DNA of 42,445 bases, taken from the NCBI GenBank assembly GCA_937132045.1, contig CAKZNX010000069.1, forward strand, positions 1-42,445, read 5' to 3'. The position numbers were made by a program, and so were the translations under genes. Numbering within the stretch: the first letter of the stretch is position 1; every line of letters begins with the position of its first letter. The notes beneath the pieces are model-generated. The model saw only the letters and a list, made by a program, of their open reading frames with translations. It was not told the origin of the DNA and ran no database searches. Below are positions 20,097 to 29,101 of the stretch, piece by piece. The DNA is from an uncultured bacterium. GTDB lineage: Bacteria; Armatimonadota; HRBIN16.

Positions 20097-21401
20097 TCAG
20101 CTTACCTTGCCCGGCGCATTGAAACGGCGCGCCGCCTCGTCCAGCACCAGCACCCAGTCTCCCCCGTCGTCTGCGGGTGGAGGAAGAAACTCCTGAACCC
20201 CGCGCGTGGCGAATGTACCGATACGCCGTGCCTTGCCGCTGCGCGGGTCAAACCACCACGCTACCGCCTGCCGTCCTGCTACCCTGCTCAGGTGCAACTG
20301 TACCGGCTTTACGCGTGGCACGTACACCATCACGTAGCTTCCATCGTCTGACCGGGTCGCTGAGATGTGTTCGCCACCCTCTCCCGCTTCGCAGGCGAGG
20401 ATACTCTGGTCGGGGACACGGCGGAGAAACGGCCGCGACAAGAGCAGCCGTCGCACGAAGGGCACCTGTGTGGCGCCGGGCAGTTTCAGCGACTCGTACC
20501 AGGGCTGGCGGGCGTGAATAACCGGCGCACGCCCCGGCGCCCACATCTGCCAGATGTTGTTACAGCCGTAGGTGTGTCCGTGCGCTCCGGCAAACAGCGC
20601 CCAGTAGGCGAACTTGCGCACATCGTACGCCTGCAGATAACCGTTCTTCGGGTCAAAATCCGACGGGATGTCTTCGTATCCGGGTTCCCCGTCCATGCAG
20701 GGCTTCGCTGGCGTTCGGGCATAGTCGGACGCAATGCGACGCCAATTGTCACGGTTTGCGCTGTGCCCGGACTGCAGCATGTTGAAGTCCAGCCAGTCGT
20801 CGTTGTGGAAGAACTCCGCGCTGGAGCGCCCACCCCAGGGATGATAGGTGATGAGCTGGCTGCGCCCAACCTGCGAACGAATGCCCTGCGCCATCGCGCG
20901 GATGATGGCGTAGTGTTCGTCGGTCTCGGGGCAGCGGTCGCCGCCCAGGATCCAGATAATGTTGCGCTGACGGTATCGGTGGGCAATCCATGCGCCATAC
21001 GCGCGGGCGTTTTCAGGGTTGAAGATGCTGGGACCCACGCCCCATTTGGGATGCCACTTGTCGCCCCAGGTGGGCAGCATTCCGATGAACAATCCCAGCT
21101 GGTTTGCCTTCTCCACCAGAAAGTCTACATGCTTCCAGTATTCCTCGTTCGGCTTTGTCGGGTCGTTGTTGACCAGAGGAGTGTGTCCGTAGGGGTTAGG
21201 GGTGTTCAGTCCGTCCAGCTCGGCAAGCGCCACTGCCTGAATCACGGTGAATCCCTTGGCAGCACGGTCGCGCAGGTACCTCTCCCCCTCTTCGCGGTTC
21301 AATCGGTGGAAAAGTTCCCAGGCGGTATCGCCCATGAAGAAGAAGGGTTGCCCGTCATCCCGTATCAGGAACCGCCGGTTATCACTGATTGCCAAACCCA
21401 T
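20097..21401 (-). CDS. DUF4038 / GH140 (apiosidase-like) glycoside hydrolase with C-terminal putative collagen-binding domain
   Basis: PFFFMGDTAWEL, LPTWG, WILGGD, MLQSGH, DGEPGYE, GHTYG, WFDPRSG, DWVLVL. Confidence 0.85.
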   Translation of the reverse strand: MGLAISDNRRFLIRDDGQPFFFMGDTAWELFHRLNREEGERYLRDRAAKGFTVIQAVALAELDGLNTPNPYGHTPLVNNDPTKPNEEYWKHVDFLVEKANQLGLFIGMLPTWGDKWHPKWGVGPSIFNPENARAYGAWIAHRYRQRNIIWILGGDRCPETDEHYAIIRAMAQGIRSQVGRSQLITYHPWGGRSSAEFFHNDDWLDFNMLQSGHSANRDNWRRIASDYARTPAKPCMDGEPGYEDIPSDFDPKNGYLQAYDVRKFAYWALFAGAHGHTYGCNNIWQMWAPGRAPVIHARQPWYESLKLPGATQVPFVRRLLLSRPFLRRVPDQSILACEAGEGGEHISATRSDDGSYVMVYVPRVKPVQLHLSRVAGRQAVAWWFDPRSGKARRIGTFATRGVQEFLPPPADDGGDWVLVLDEAARRFNAPGKVS

Positions 21402-21421
21402 TATCCTGACCTCCCGCCAGA

Positions 21422-22378
21422 TTACTCGTATTGCCCATCTGCAAGCCATTCCACCTGTTTAGGGCGGAGCGCAATGTCCGCTGCAGCCATACATTCACGC
21501 AGATGATCGAGCCTGCCCGTCGCAAAGATGGGAATGGTTGTCGGTTTCTGGTGGAGCAGCCAAGCCAGCGCCACCTGCGTGGGCGTGCAACCAATCTGCC
21601 GGGCAAGCTGTTCGGCGCGTTCGCGGCGTTTGGCGTTGAGCGGATGACCGAAGTGTTGCTCACCCCGTTCGATGCGAGCAAAGTAACCGAGAGCAGTGGA
21701 AGTGTACGCCGCAACAGGGACGTTGTTTTGCCAGTACCACTCGGCGTCCGCTTCTGTCACGTAGCGCGTGGTGGGGTCATCGCCGATTTGCCAGCTGGGT
21801 GTAGCGAGGCTCCACTGCACCTGTGAAATCACAAAGCCCTGCAGACCGTTTGCGGAGGCGTACCGATTTGCCTGCTCGATGCGCTCCACGCTCCAGTTGC
21901 TGGCTCCCAGCGCACACACTCTGCCTTCTTGAATATGGTGGTTGAGCGAATCGATAATCTCGTCCACGGGTATACGCGGGTCGTCGCGGTGCAGGTAGTA
22001 GATGTCCACTGTGTCCATCTGCAGGCGTTCCAGACTCTCCGAGAGGTCCTGTGCCACCTGTTCAGGAGCCATGTAGCGGTCGGGGCGAGGATAGACGTCT
22101 CCACCGCTGGGGTGTCCGCCCTTCGTGGCGATGACCACCTGCTCACGACAGCCGAGTTCACGGATGACTCTGCCCAGTTCGCGCTCGCTGCATCCTGCGC
22201 CCTCAGGCAGCCAGAAGGCGTAGCAGTGTGCCGTGTCTATGAAATTGCCGCCCAGTTCCAGATACTCGGCGATAAGCTGCGTGGCGTTCTTGCCCCGGAT
22301 ATGTGCCCCCAGCTCTCCCGTGCCAAGGCAGAGGGCGGAAACCGTCATGTCCGCGTGCGGAATCTGCAACCTGCGCAT
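21422..22378 (-). CDS. Aldo/keto reductase
   Basis: GGNFIDTAHCY, IATKGGHP, DIYYLHRDD, GASNW. Confidence 0.9.
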   Translation of the reverse strand: MRRLQIPHADMTVSALCLGTGELGAHIRGKNATQLIAEYLELGGNFIDTAHCYAFWLPEGAGCSERELGRVIRELGCREQVVIATKGGHPSGGDVYPRPDRYMAPEQVAQDLSESLERLQMDTVDIYYLHRDDPRIPVDEIIDSLNHHIQEGRVCALGASNWSVERIEQANRYASANGLQGFVISQVQWSLATPSWQIGDDPTTRYVTEADAEWYWQNNVPVAAYTSTALGYFARIERGEQHFGHPLNAKRRERAEQLARQIGCTPTQVALAWLLHQKPTTIPIFATGRLDHLRECMAAADIALRPKQVEWLADGQYE

Positions 22379-22466
22379 CCGACCACCCCGTAGGAAATAT
22401 TACTCGTCAGAAGCTTCTTTGGCGCGGGCGGATGCGATTCCTGCCCTTTATGCAACGCGGGGCAGG

Positions 22467-23591
22467 TTAAGGTGCGGAAGACCTCTCGCCGAGCTGTACA
22501 CTCACTTTCAGTCGGTTCTTGCCGCGCACGACATCGATCTCCACGCGGTCACCCGGTTTCATCCGGCGCAGGAAGGCTGTCACATCGGCGGCGCGGCGCA
22601 CGGGCGTCCGGTTCAGCGCAACGACAACATCGCCCAGCCGGATACCGCCACGCGCTGCAGGGCTGTTCGGCACCACCCGAACGACTTCTGCACCTTCACC
22701 GTCGTGGTCTGCGGGCATGATGCCCAGAAAAGGACGTCGCAGTTTGCCTGCTCGCATATCGTCCAGCACAGCGCGCACGTCGTTGATGGGCACCGCCAGC
22801 GCACCACCTGTCGTGCCGAACATCGACATCTCCAGCGAGGTGCCGAGACTTGGTACCGCACTGCCTCGGGCGGTACTCGGCGGACTGAAAACCATTCCAG
22901 GCGCAATGCTGGCGACAATCACGCCCACCACCTCGCCACGGCTGTTGACCACCGGCGCCCCACTGCTCCCTGCGCCAATCGGAGCGCTGATCTGCAGCAG
23001 GTTGGACAGAAACTGTTGCTGTCCCAGCGCGCCGGTACGCTCGCGCCCTGAGACGATGCCCAGCACCACCGAGCGCTCGAATCCCCCCAGCGTGCCCACA
23101 CACAGCACCAGGCCGCCGGGCTCCACCCTGTCGGAGTCGCCCAGCGTCAGTGGCGGAGGGGTCGACTCGGAGCAGAGAATAAGGGCAAGGTTGGTGACGT
23201 CGTCCACACTCACCACCCGGGCTGAAGCTCGCTGTCCATTAGCGAAGCGCACGGTGCAGGTTTCCGCCCCCCGCACGATGTCGGCGCTGGTGAGTATCGA
23301 GCCGTCGCGATCGACGATGAAGCCGGTGCCTTTGCGCGAGATGGGGCTGGGCAGATTCAGCAAGCGCATCGCTTCCAGCCAGCGACGGGCGGTTTCGTTC
23401 TGCGGAGGCACCAGACCGGTTGACGGTATCGAGCCGGGCGATACCAGCGCTCCTCCCTCCACTGCCACCACGCCCGTCTGCACCTTGCGGGTTAGCGCTG
23501 TAATCTCCCGTTCCAGCGATTCCAGCAGGCTCTGTGCGCTGGCTGGCAGAACAATCAGCAGAAGGCACACGAGCGTTGCTATGATACGCAT
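22467..23591 (-). CDS. HtrA/DegP-like trypsin (S1C) + PDZ protein with degenerate catalytic triad
   Basis: Signal peptide; GTGFIV; ILTSADIV (canonical LTNxHVV); TNLALI (canonical DLA); GSSGAP (canonical GNSGGP); RPFLGI PDZ. AGGAGG SD before ATG 23591. Confidence 0.85.
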   Translation of the reverse strand: MRIIATLVCLLLIVLPASAQSLLESLEREITALTRKVQTGVVAVEGGALVSPGSIPSTGLVPPQNETARRWLEAMRLLNLPSPISRKGTGFIVDRDGSILTSADIVRGAETCTVRFANGQRASARVVSVDDVTNLALILCSESTPPPLTLGDSDRVEPGGLVLCVGTLGGFERSVVLGIVSGRERTGALGQQQFLSNLLQISAPIGAGSSGAPVVNSRGEVVGVIVASIAPGMVFSPPSTARGSAVPSLGTSLEMSMFGTTGGALAVPINDVRAVLDDMRAGKLRRPFLGIMPADHDGEGAEVVRVVPNSPAARGGIRLGDVVVALNRTPVRRAADVTAFLRRMKPGDRVEIDVVRGKNRLKVSVQLGERSSAP

Positions 23592-23604
23592 CGGGTATCG
23601 CCTC

Positions 23605-24345
23605 CTATTCCACGGCACCTGCTGTGGCTGGATAAGCAGCCTGCATGACGTAGGTTTCGGGTACCGGAGTGGATGCTACCGGATGCGCCTCGGACACCAC
23701 CGGCTGAACCGGCACCAGCGGCTCCGACGAAGCGGTTCCCACAGCCTCTTCGTGAGACGTCCCAACAGGCTGAGGCGTCGGTTGGGCTGCCACCACAATG
23801 CGCCTTGGTGGTTGATGTGCGGGCGCTGGCGTCCGCTGAGGCGCCTTCTCGGGTCTGGCTTGCGCCGGTGGAGCGGGTTTATCGAGCTGAGAGGGCTTCG
23901 CTTTGACGTCCTCGCTGGCAGGGGCGGCCGGCTTCCTGATTTGCGAAGGCGCAACGGGTTGTGTCTCTCGCTGGGCAAGCTGGGGAGCCGTCTGCAGAGG
24001 TTTGCCGACGTGGTCAACAGGCGCGGTGCCTCGCAACCACAGCGACAAGCCGATGACCACCGCCACAACCCCTGTCATCGAGGCGAGAGCGACCTGAAGT
24101 GGAAAAGTGCGCTGTTTGACCGCCGTGCTCACCTGCAGAGGTTGCCATCCCGCGGGTGGCGAGCTCGGCAGAAGGCGCGCGTACTGCCGCAGTGCCTGAT
24201 GCGTTCGGCGGTAGTGCAGAGCCTGCACCTGGCAGCGCGAGCAGGTCTTGAGGTGGCGTCGCACCCAATTGGGCAGACTGCCCTCTATGTCATCCTCGCA
24301 CAGCGCGAGGAAGTATTCGGCGAGTCGGCACATGAGCCGCTTCAT
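23605..24345 (-). CDS. Zinc-finger (ZAS) membrane anti-sigma factor with Pro-rich extracytoplasmic tail
   Basis: HLKTCSRC (HxxxCxxC), one TM helix, Pro/Ala/Gln-rich C-terminus. ATGA-coupled to the ECF sigma. Confidence 0.8.
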   Translation of the reverse strand: MKRLMCRLAEYFLALCEDDIEGSLPNWVRRHLKTCSRCQVQALHYRRTHQALRQYARLLPSSPPAGWQPLQVSTAVKQRTFPLQVALASMTGVVAVVIGLSLWLRGTAPVDHVGKPLQTAPQLAQRETQPVAPSQIRKPAAPASEDVKAKPSQLDKPAPPAQARPEKAPQRTPAPAHQPPRRIVVAAQPTPQPVGTSHEEAVGTASSEPLVPVQPVVSEAHPVASTPVPETYVMQAAYPATAGAVE

Positions 24346-24944
24346 GGTGATCCCCCCAAAAGCACTTCCAGACGTTGTTTAAGCAATCGGCGGGCGCGGA
24401 ACAGACGCAGCTTCACGCTTCCGACACTGCATCCCAGCGCCTTTGCCATTTCCGCATAGTCCATCCCTTCGATATCTCGCAACACAATCACCGCACGATG
24501 GTGTGGAGGCAGGGCGTCGATGGCTTTGCGCACCGTTTCCCGCAGCTCGTTGAGTTCGGCGGCGGTGTGGGGATCGATGTCCGCGTGAGAACCGCCAACG
24601 TCCCAGTCCAGCGATACCTCAGGATGCGCGTGCTTGCGCTTCACGTGGTCTATTGCCAGGTGCACGCCGATGCGGATCAGCCAAGTGCGCAGTTGCGCCT
24701 CTCCGCGGAAGCTGTCCAGCGCACGGTATGCACGCAGAAACGCCTCCTGAGTGAGGTCTTCAGCATCCTGGGTATTGCCCACCACGCCGAGTATACTGCG
24801 AAACACCGCAGAGCGATGCTGCTCCCACAGTGTGCCGAAAGCCTCCATATCGCCCGATCGGCAGCGTTCAATCAGCTGTCGCTCGCTGTCCTGTCGGGGG
24901 TGCTCTCCAGTTGCCACACGCCACTCCCAAACTTGCGCATCCAT
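24342..24944 (-). CDS. ECF-family RNA polymerase sigma factor
   Basis: DAEDLTQEAFLRA, TWLIRI, LRDIEGMDYAEMA, GSVKLRLFRAR. Confidence 0.93.
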   Translation of the reverse strand: MDAQVWEWRVATGEHPRQDSERQLIERCRSGDMEAFGTLWEQHRSAVFRSILGVVGNTQDAEDLTQEAFLRAYRALDSFRGEAQLRTWLIRIGVHLAIDHVKRKHAHPEVSLDWDVGGSHADIDPHTAAELNELRETVRKAIDALPPHHRAVIVLRDIEGMDYAEMAKALGCSVGSVKLRLFRARRLLKQRLEVLLGGSP

Positions 24945-25096
24945 CGCGTCGCTCCTTCATCGATTCGGTGCGAGCACCTTAGGCTCCCCCTCGCGCCAAC
25001 CCACACTGCGGAGAGACAGCTGGTGCCCGCACCGTCGTCTGCTCTTGCTGGCGGGCGTGTATCCCTCCGCAAGTCCTCCGAACCACACCAACATAA

Positions 25097-25124
25097 TAGA
25101 CGATGCCTGTCCTTATCTGTTATC
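25097..25124 (-). promoter_or_regulatory. Putative autoregulatory ECF promoter (GATAAC-N16-CGTCTA)
   Basis: Minus strand AAC at -35 and CGT at -10 with a 16-nt spacer, the usual ECF architecture, about 150 nt upstream of the sigma ATG. Confidence 0.55.
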
Positions 25125-25133
25125 ATGGTGTAT

Positions 25134-25985
25134 ATGAGCCAGATCATCACCCTGCTAACCGACTTCGGCACAGAAGACACCTACGTGGGTGTGATGAAGG
25201 GTGTTATCGCCTCCATCTGCCCTTCGGCTCTGGTGGTTGACCTCACGCATGAAGTGCCCCCGCAGGACGTTGCTACAGGAGCGTTTCTGCTGGACGTTTC
25301 GGTGGACTACTTCCCTCAGGACACGGTGCATGTGGCGGTGGTCGATCCCGGCGTGGGCACCGCGCGCAAACCCGTAGCCATCCGGACGGAACAGGCGTAT
25401 TACGTTGGTCCGGATAACGGCATTTTCACGCTGGTGCTGCAGCGCCACCGGATGCGCAGGGCGGTGTGTCTGGATAATCCACAGTATCACCTGCCTGAAA
25501 AGAGCACGACGTTTCACGGCAGGGACGTATTCGCTCCGGTGGCGGCGCATCTTGCCTGCGGGGTGCCCTTCGAGCAGCTTGGTACGCCTGTTTCCAGTCT
25601 CCAGCGTCTGCCACTGCCGCGCGTGCGGGTAGACTGGCATGGCATTCGCGCCACTGTGGTGCATATCGACCGCTTCGGCAACGCCATCACCAACCTGACA
25701 CGCTCGGATTACGAGGCGTGGTGCCGCCGCTGGGACGTGAAAGAGAATCTGGCTCGGGTGGAGTGCGCAGGCGTTCGGCTATCTATATGCCAGACGTATG
25801 GCGAGGTGCCCGACGGACAACCGCTGGCGCTGTTCGGCAGCAGTAAAAGGCTGGAAGTGGCGGTGAACAGGGGCAATGCAGCGCAGGTATTCCGGTTGAA
25901 ACGCGGCGACACTATCAGGGTACTGCGTCAGGAAACCGCCCCACCGCCGCGCCCGCAGAGGTCGCTGAATCTGGGTTTGAAGTGA
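25134..25985 (+). CDS. SAM-dependent chlorinase/fluorinase family (DUF62, SAM hydroxide adenosyltransferase)
   Basis: ITLLTDFG, VVDPGVGT, GPDNG, TFHGRDVFAP, IDRFGNAITN, LEVAVNRG. Confidence 0.92.
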   Translation: MSQIITLLTDFGTEDTYVGVMKGVIASICPSALVVDLTHEVPPQDVATGAFLLDVSVDYFPQDTVHVAVVDPGVGTARKPVAIRTEQAYYVGPDNGIFTLVLQRHRMRRAVCLDNPQYHLPEKSTTFHGRDVFAPVAAHLACGVPFEQLGTPVSSLQRLPLPRVRVDWHGIRATVVHIDRFGNAITNLTRSDYEAWCRRWDVKENLARVECAGVRLSICQTYGEVPDGQPLALFGSSKRLEVAVNRGNAAQVFRLKRGDTIRVLRQETAPPPRPQRSLNLGLK

Positions 25986-26105
25986 ACAGAAGGAAACGCC
26001 CCCGCGATTGGCGCTGGCAGATGGCGTGCTGTCCCGGGCAGGAGAAAGGAGGGGCGCATCGCGAACAGGGAAAGCGTCCACCCAACTGTTCAACGGAGGA
26101 GGAGT

Positions 26106-27086
26106 ATGCATCGACTGGTTATCACCTTCACTCTGCTGGCAGGAGTGCTTTTGCTGTTCTCCGCCTGCGCGAAGCGTCAGGAGGCGTCGGGTCCTGCTCC
26201 GTCCGCGAAGCTGCGCATCGCGGTGGTGCCCAAGGGCACCGCACATTCGTTCTGGCTGACCGTGAAGGCGGGCGCGGAACAGGCAGGACAGGAAGAGGGC
26301 GTGCAGATTCTGTGGAAAGGTCCTGCGGAAGAGACCGACGTGGAGGGTCAGCAGCGCATTCTGGAGGACTTCATCAACCAGAAGGTCGACGCAATTGTGA
26401 TGGCGGCTTGTGACGCCGACGGAATGGTACCTATTGTCAAGCAGGCAATGGATGCCGGTATTCCGGTGATTACCATCGACTCGGGGGTGAATTCCGACCT
26501 TCCGCTCAGCTTCGTGGCAACCGACAATGTCGCCGCGGCGGCGAAGGCAGCGGAGGTGCTGTGCGAGCTGGTTGGTGGAAAGGGCAAGGTCGGTATGGTC
26601 CCCTTCATCAAAGGGGCTGCCTCCTCGGAACAGCGCGAGCAGGGCTTCCGCGAGGGCATCAAAAACTGCACCGGCGTGACGCTGGGACCGGTTCTCTATT
26701 CGCAAAGCCAGGTGGAGCGAGCGATGCAGGTGACCGAGGACATGCTGACCGCCAATCCCGACCTGGTGGGCATCTTTGCCGCGAACGAACCGGGTGCAGT
26801 GGGCGCAGCGACAGTGCTGGAACAGCGCGAGCTGGCGGGCAAGGTGAAGCTGGTAGCCTTCGATGCGGCGCAGCCGGAAATCGACGCCCTCAGGCGAGGC
26901 ACCATTCAGGCGCTCATCGTGCAGAACCCCTTCAAGATGGGCTATGAGGGAGTGAAGCTGGCCGTGCAGGCAGTGAAAGGCGATCGCGCCAGCATCCCGA
27001 AGCGCGTGGATACCGGCGTAACGGTGGTCACGCGGGACAATCTGGACACCCCTGAAGTGCAGGAGCTCCTGAAAGAGCGCAGATAG
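26106..27086 (+). CDS. Sugar ABC transporter substrate-binding lipoprotein (RbsB/periplasmic binding protein type I)
   Basis: Lipobox FSAC; VVPKG..FW, VATDN, GIFAANE, VAFD, VQNPFKMGY. Confidence 0.9.
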   Translation: MHRLVITFTLLAGVLLLFSACAKRQEASGPAPSAKLRIAVVPKGTAHSFWLTVKAGAEQAGQEEGVQILWKGPAEETDVEGQQRILEDFINQKVDAIVMAACDADGMVPIVKQAMDAGIPVITIDSGVNSDLPLSFVATDNVAAAAKAAEVLCELVGGKGKVGMVPFIKGAASSEQREQGFREGIKNCTGVTLGPVLYSQSQVERAMQVTEDMLTANPDLVGIFAANEPGAVGAATVLEQRELAGKVKLVAFDAAQPEIDALRRGTIQALIVQNPFKMGYEGVKLAVQAVKGDRASIPKRVDTGVTVVTRDNLDTPEVQELLKERR

Positions 27087-27095
27087 AGCAGCCGG

Positions 27096-28304
27096 ATGGT
27101 CAGCGTTGAACGGATAGAGGAGGCACGTCGGGCGGCACAGGGAATCGTTCAGCATACGCCCCTGTTCCCTGCCCGCATGTTGAGTGAGCTGGCGGGGGTG
27201 CCGGTGTGGCTGAAGGTGGAGAGTTTCCAGCGCACCGGCTCCTTCAAGATACGGGGCGCCTATGAGTTCCTGCGCCGCCTGCCGGAGTCGGTGCGGGCGC
27301 GCGGGGTGGTCACCGGTTCGGCGGGAAACCATGCGCAGGGCCTGGCGCTCGCTGCGAAGATGTTCGGCGTGCCAGCTACCATCTTCATGCCGGTGTTTGG
27401 TTCCATCGCCAAGATGCAGGCGGCAAAGGGGTATGGAGCGCAGGTCATTCTGCAGGGCGAGGGCTTTGCCGAGGCGGTGGAGGCGGCACAACGCTATGCG
27501 CAGGAGACGGGCGCGACCTACGTCCCCGCCTACGACCACGACGACATCATCTGCGGGCAGGGCACCTGCGGGCTGGAGATTCTGGAAGACCTGCCGGAGG
27601 TGGAGCAGATTGTGGTGCCGGTGGGTGGCGGAGGGCTTTTCTCCGGCATCGCGGCGGCGGTGAAGGCGCGCAAGCCCGATGTGTCGCTGATCGGAGTTCA
27701 ATCCGAGGGAGCGGATACGGCAGTGCGCTCATGGCGGGAGGGCAGACTGGTGAGCGATCCGGTGGTTCGTTACACTCTTGCCGACGGCATCGCGGTGAAA
27801 ACGCCAACCGAGCGAACTTTCGAGTACATCCGGCACTATGCTGACGAAATGGTAACGGTGGACGACCGCAGCATCGCGCGAGCAGTACTCTGGCTGATGG
27901 AGCGCAAGAAAGTGGTGGTAGAGGGCGCTGGAGCCGTCGGGGTGGCGGCGGTACAGAGCGGACGGGTGCGCCTGCACGGGACAACGGTGATCGTGGTCTC
28001 GGGCGGAAACATCGACACCAAGACCCTGTCCGACCTGATCGAACGGGAGATGCTGCAAGCCAGCCGGTACTACCAGTTCTTCACTGCCGTGCCCGATCGC
28101 CCGGGCGGTCTGGCGGCGCTGTTGCAGCTGGTGGCTCAGGCGCAGGGCAACATTATGACGGTCCACCACAACAGGATACACCCCTCCGTGCCGCACGGAT
28201 GGACGGGGGTAGAGCTGCTGCTGGAGGTGCGCGACGCCGAACACATCGCACAGATACACAGTGTCCTGCGCGCCGCGGGCTACGAGGTGAGGGTACTGGC
28301 ATGA
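27096..28304 (+). CDS. ilvA: Threonine ammonia-lyase with a single C-terminal ACT domain
   Basis: GSFKIRGA (PLP Lys), SAGNHAQG, PVGGGGL, SGGNID, PDRPGGL ACT domain. Confidence 0.9.
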   Translation: MVSVERIEEARRAAQGIVQHTPLFPARMLSELAGVPVWLKVESFQRTGSFKIRGAYEFLRRLPESVRARGVVTGSAGNHAQGLALAAKMFGVPATIFMPVFGSIAKMQAAKGYGAQVILQGEGFAEAVEAAQRYAQETGATYVPAYDHDDIICGQGTCGLEILEDLPEVEQIVVPVGGGGLFSGIAAAVKARKPDVSLIGVQSEGADTAVRSWREGRLVSDPVVRYTLADGIAVKTPTERTFEYIRHYADEMVTVDDRSIARAVLWLMERKKVVVEGAGAVGVAAVQSGRVRLHGTTVIVVSGGNIDTKTLSDLIEREMLQASRYYQFFTAVPDRPGGLAALLQLVAQAQGNIMTVHHNRIHPSVPHGWTGVELLLEVRDAEHIAQIHSVLRAAGYEVRVLA

Positions 28305-29098
28305 GAATGCTCTATGGAGCCGTCGCTGTATTCGCGGTGTTGCTGTCGATTCAGCCCGCGTGGGCGCAGGAGTGGCAGGTTCGCCGGCGGGGGACGATAC
28401 TGGAGATTGGCTACGGCAGCGGAACGAACTATCCCCAGTATGCCGCCCTGCATCTGGATAGCAGTTACTTCCGCATGGTGTACTCTACGCAGGCGGGGTG
28501 GGGCACCTCCGTGATCCTGATGCCTGCGTTCTGGTCACAGGGCAGGTACTATCAGGGTGCTCCCGTCACCGCGACGTGGCGTACAGAGGGCAAAGAGCTG
28601 GTGCTGTCCCTGTCGGGTGATATCTCCTCCCTGCGCGTGTCGCTGGAGGTGAGACTGCAACCGCCCGATGGGATGAGCTTTGTGGCGCGGGTGCGCACTG
28701 TATCTGTCACCGGAACCGTTCCGCTGGACAACCGTCCGGGCGAGGCGTTCAAGCCAGTTATGCTCTCCTCCATGCGCATCTCTGCCACACAGTGGGACGC
28801 ACGCGCTGCCTACACCGGAACCCGACTGGTGAACCTGCCTTCCAGTGGCTGGGTGCTGAACCCGCCGGTGACGGTTGGGCGCTTCGGGCTGATCGGCGGC
28901 ACCTCCAGCTGGAAGACGAACGCTCCCACCATGGAGGTGGTGCTGAGGCAACCGCGCTCTTTGCAGGTTACCGGTTGGATCACTTTCAGTACCAATCCCA
29001 ACGACGACAACGTGGGTTTCTGGGCAGCGTCTGCCCAGCTGCTGCGTTCGTGGCAGTACACGCTCCGATGCACTGCCACCCATCCACTTGGAAGATAG
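28301..29098 (+). CDS. Secreted hypothetical protein, all-beta and Trp-rich
   Basis: Signal peptide ending PAWA; ATGA overlap with the ilvA stop; no family recognised. Confidence 0.6.
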   Translation: MRMLYGAVAVFAVLLSIQPAWAQEWQVRRRGTILEIGYGSGTNYPQYAALHLDSSYFRMVYSTQAGWGTSVILMPAFWSQGRYYQGAPVTATWRTEGKELVLSLSGDISSLRVSLEVRLQPPDGMSFVARVRTVSVTGTVPLDNRPGEAFKPVMLSSMRISATQWDARAAYTGTRLVNLPSSGWVLNPPVTVGRFGLIGGTSSWKTNAPTMEVVLRQPRSLQVTGWITFSTNPNDDNVGFWAASAQLLRSWQYTLRCTATHPLGR

Positions 29099-29101
29099 AC
29101 G

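Noticed and set aside
18200-20100. Mobile-element boundaries around the DUF488 cassette
   Set aside because: No terminal inverted repeats, target duplication, tRNA or recombinase seen, so it is not called as a mobile element.
22519-24459. 646-aa plus-strand ORF
   Set aside because: Antisense shadow of the HtrA-like, anti-sigma and sigma genes; Arg/Ser/Pro-rich with no motifs, typical of GC-rich DNA.
24375-25133. Apparent 253-aa N-terminal extension on the DUF62 protein (536-aa ORF)
   Set aside because: Overlaps the ECF sigma antisense; family homology begins at MSQIITLLTDFG (25134).
26016-26034. GGCAGATGGCGTGCTGTCC resembling the 5' part of a fluoride riboswitch next to a fluorinase-family gene
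   Set aside because: The downstream pseudoknot partner is missing, it lies downstream of the DUF62 gene, and DUF62 members with TDFG/TFHGRD motifs are usually SAM hydrolases, not fluorinases.
25779-27701. 640-aa minus-strand ORF
   Set aside because: Antisense to the sugar-binding protein and ilvA; a product of codon bias.
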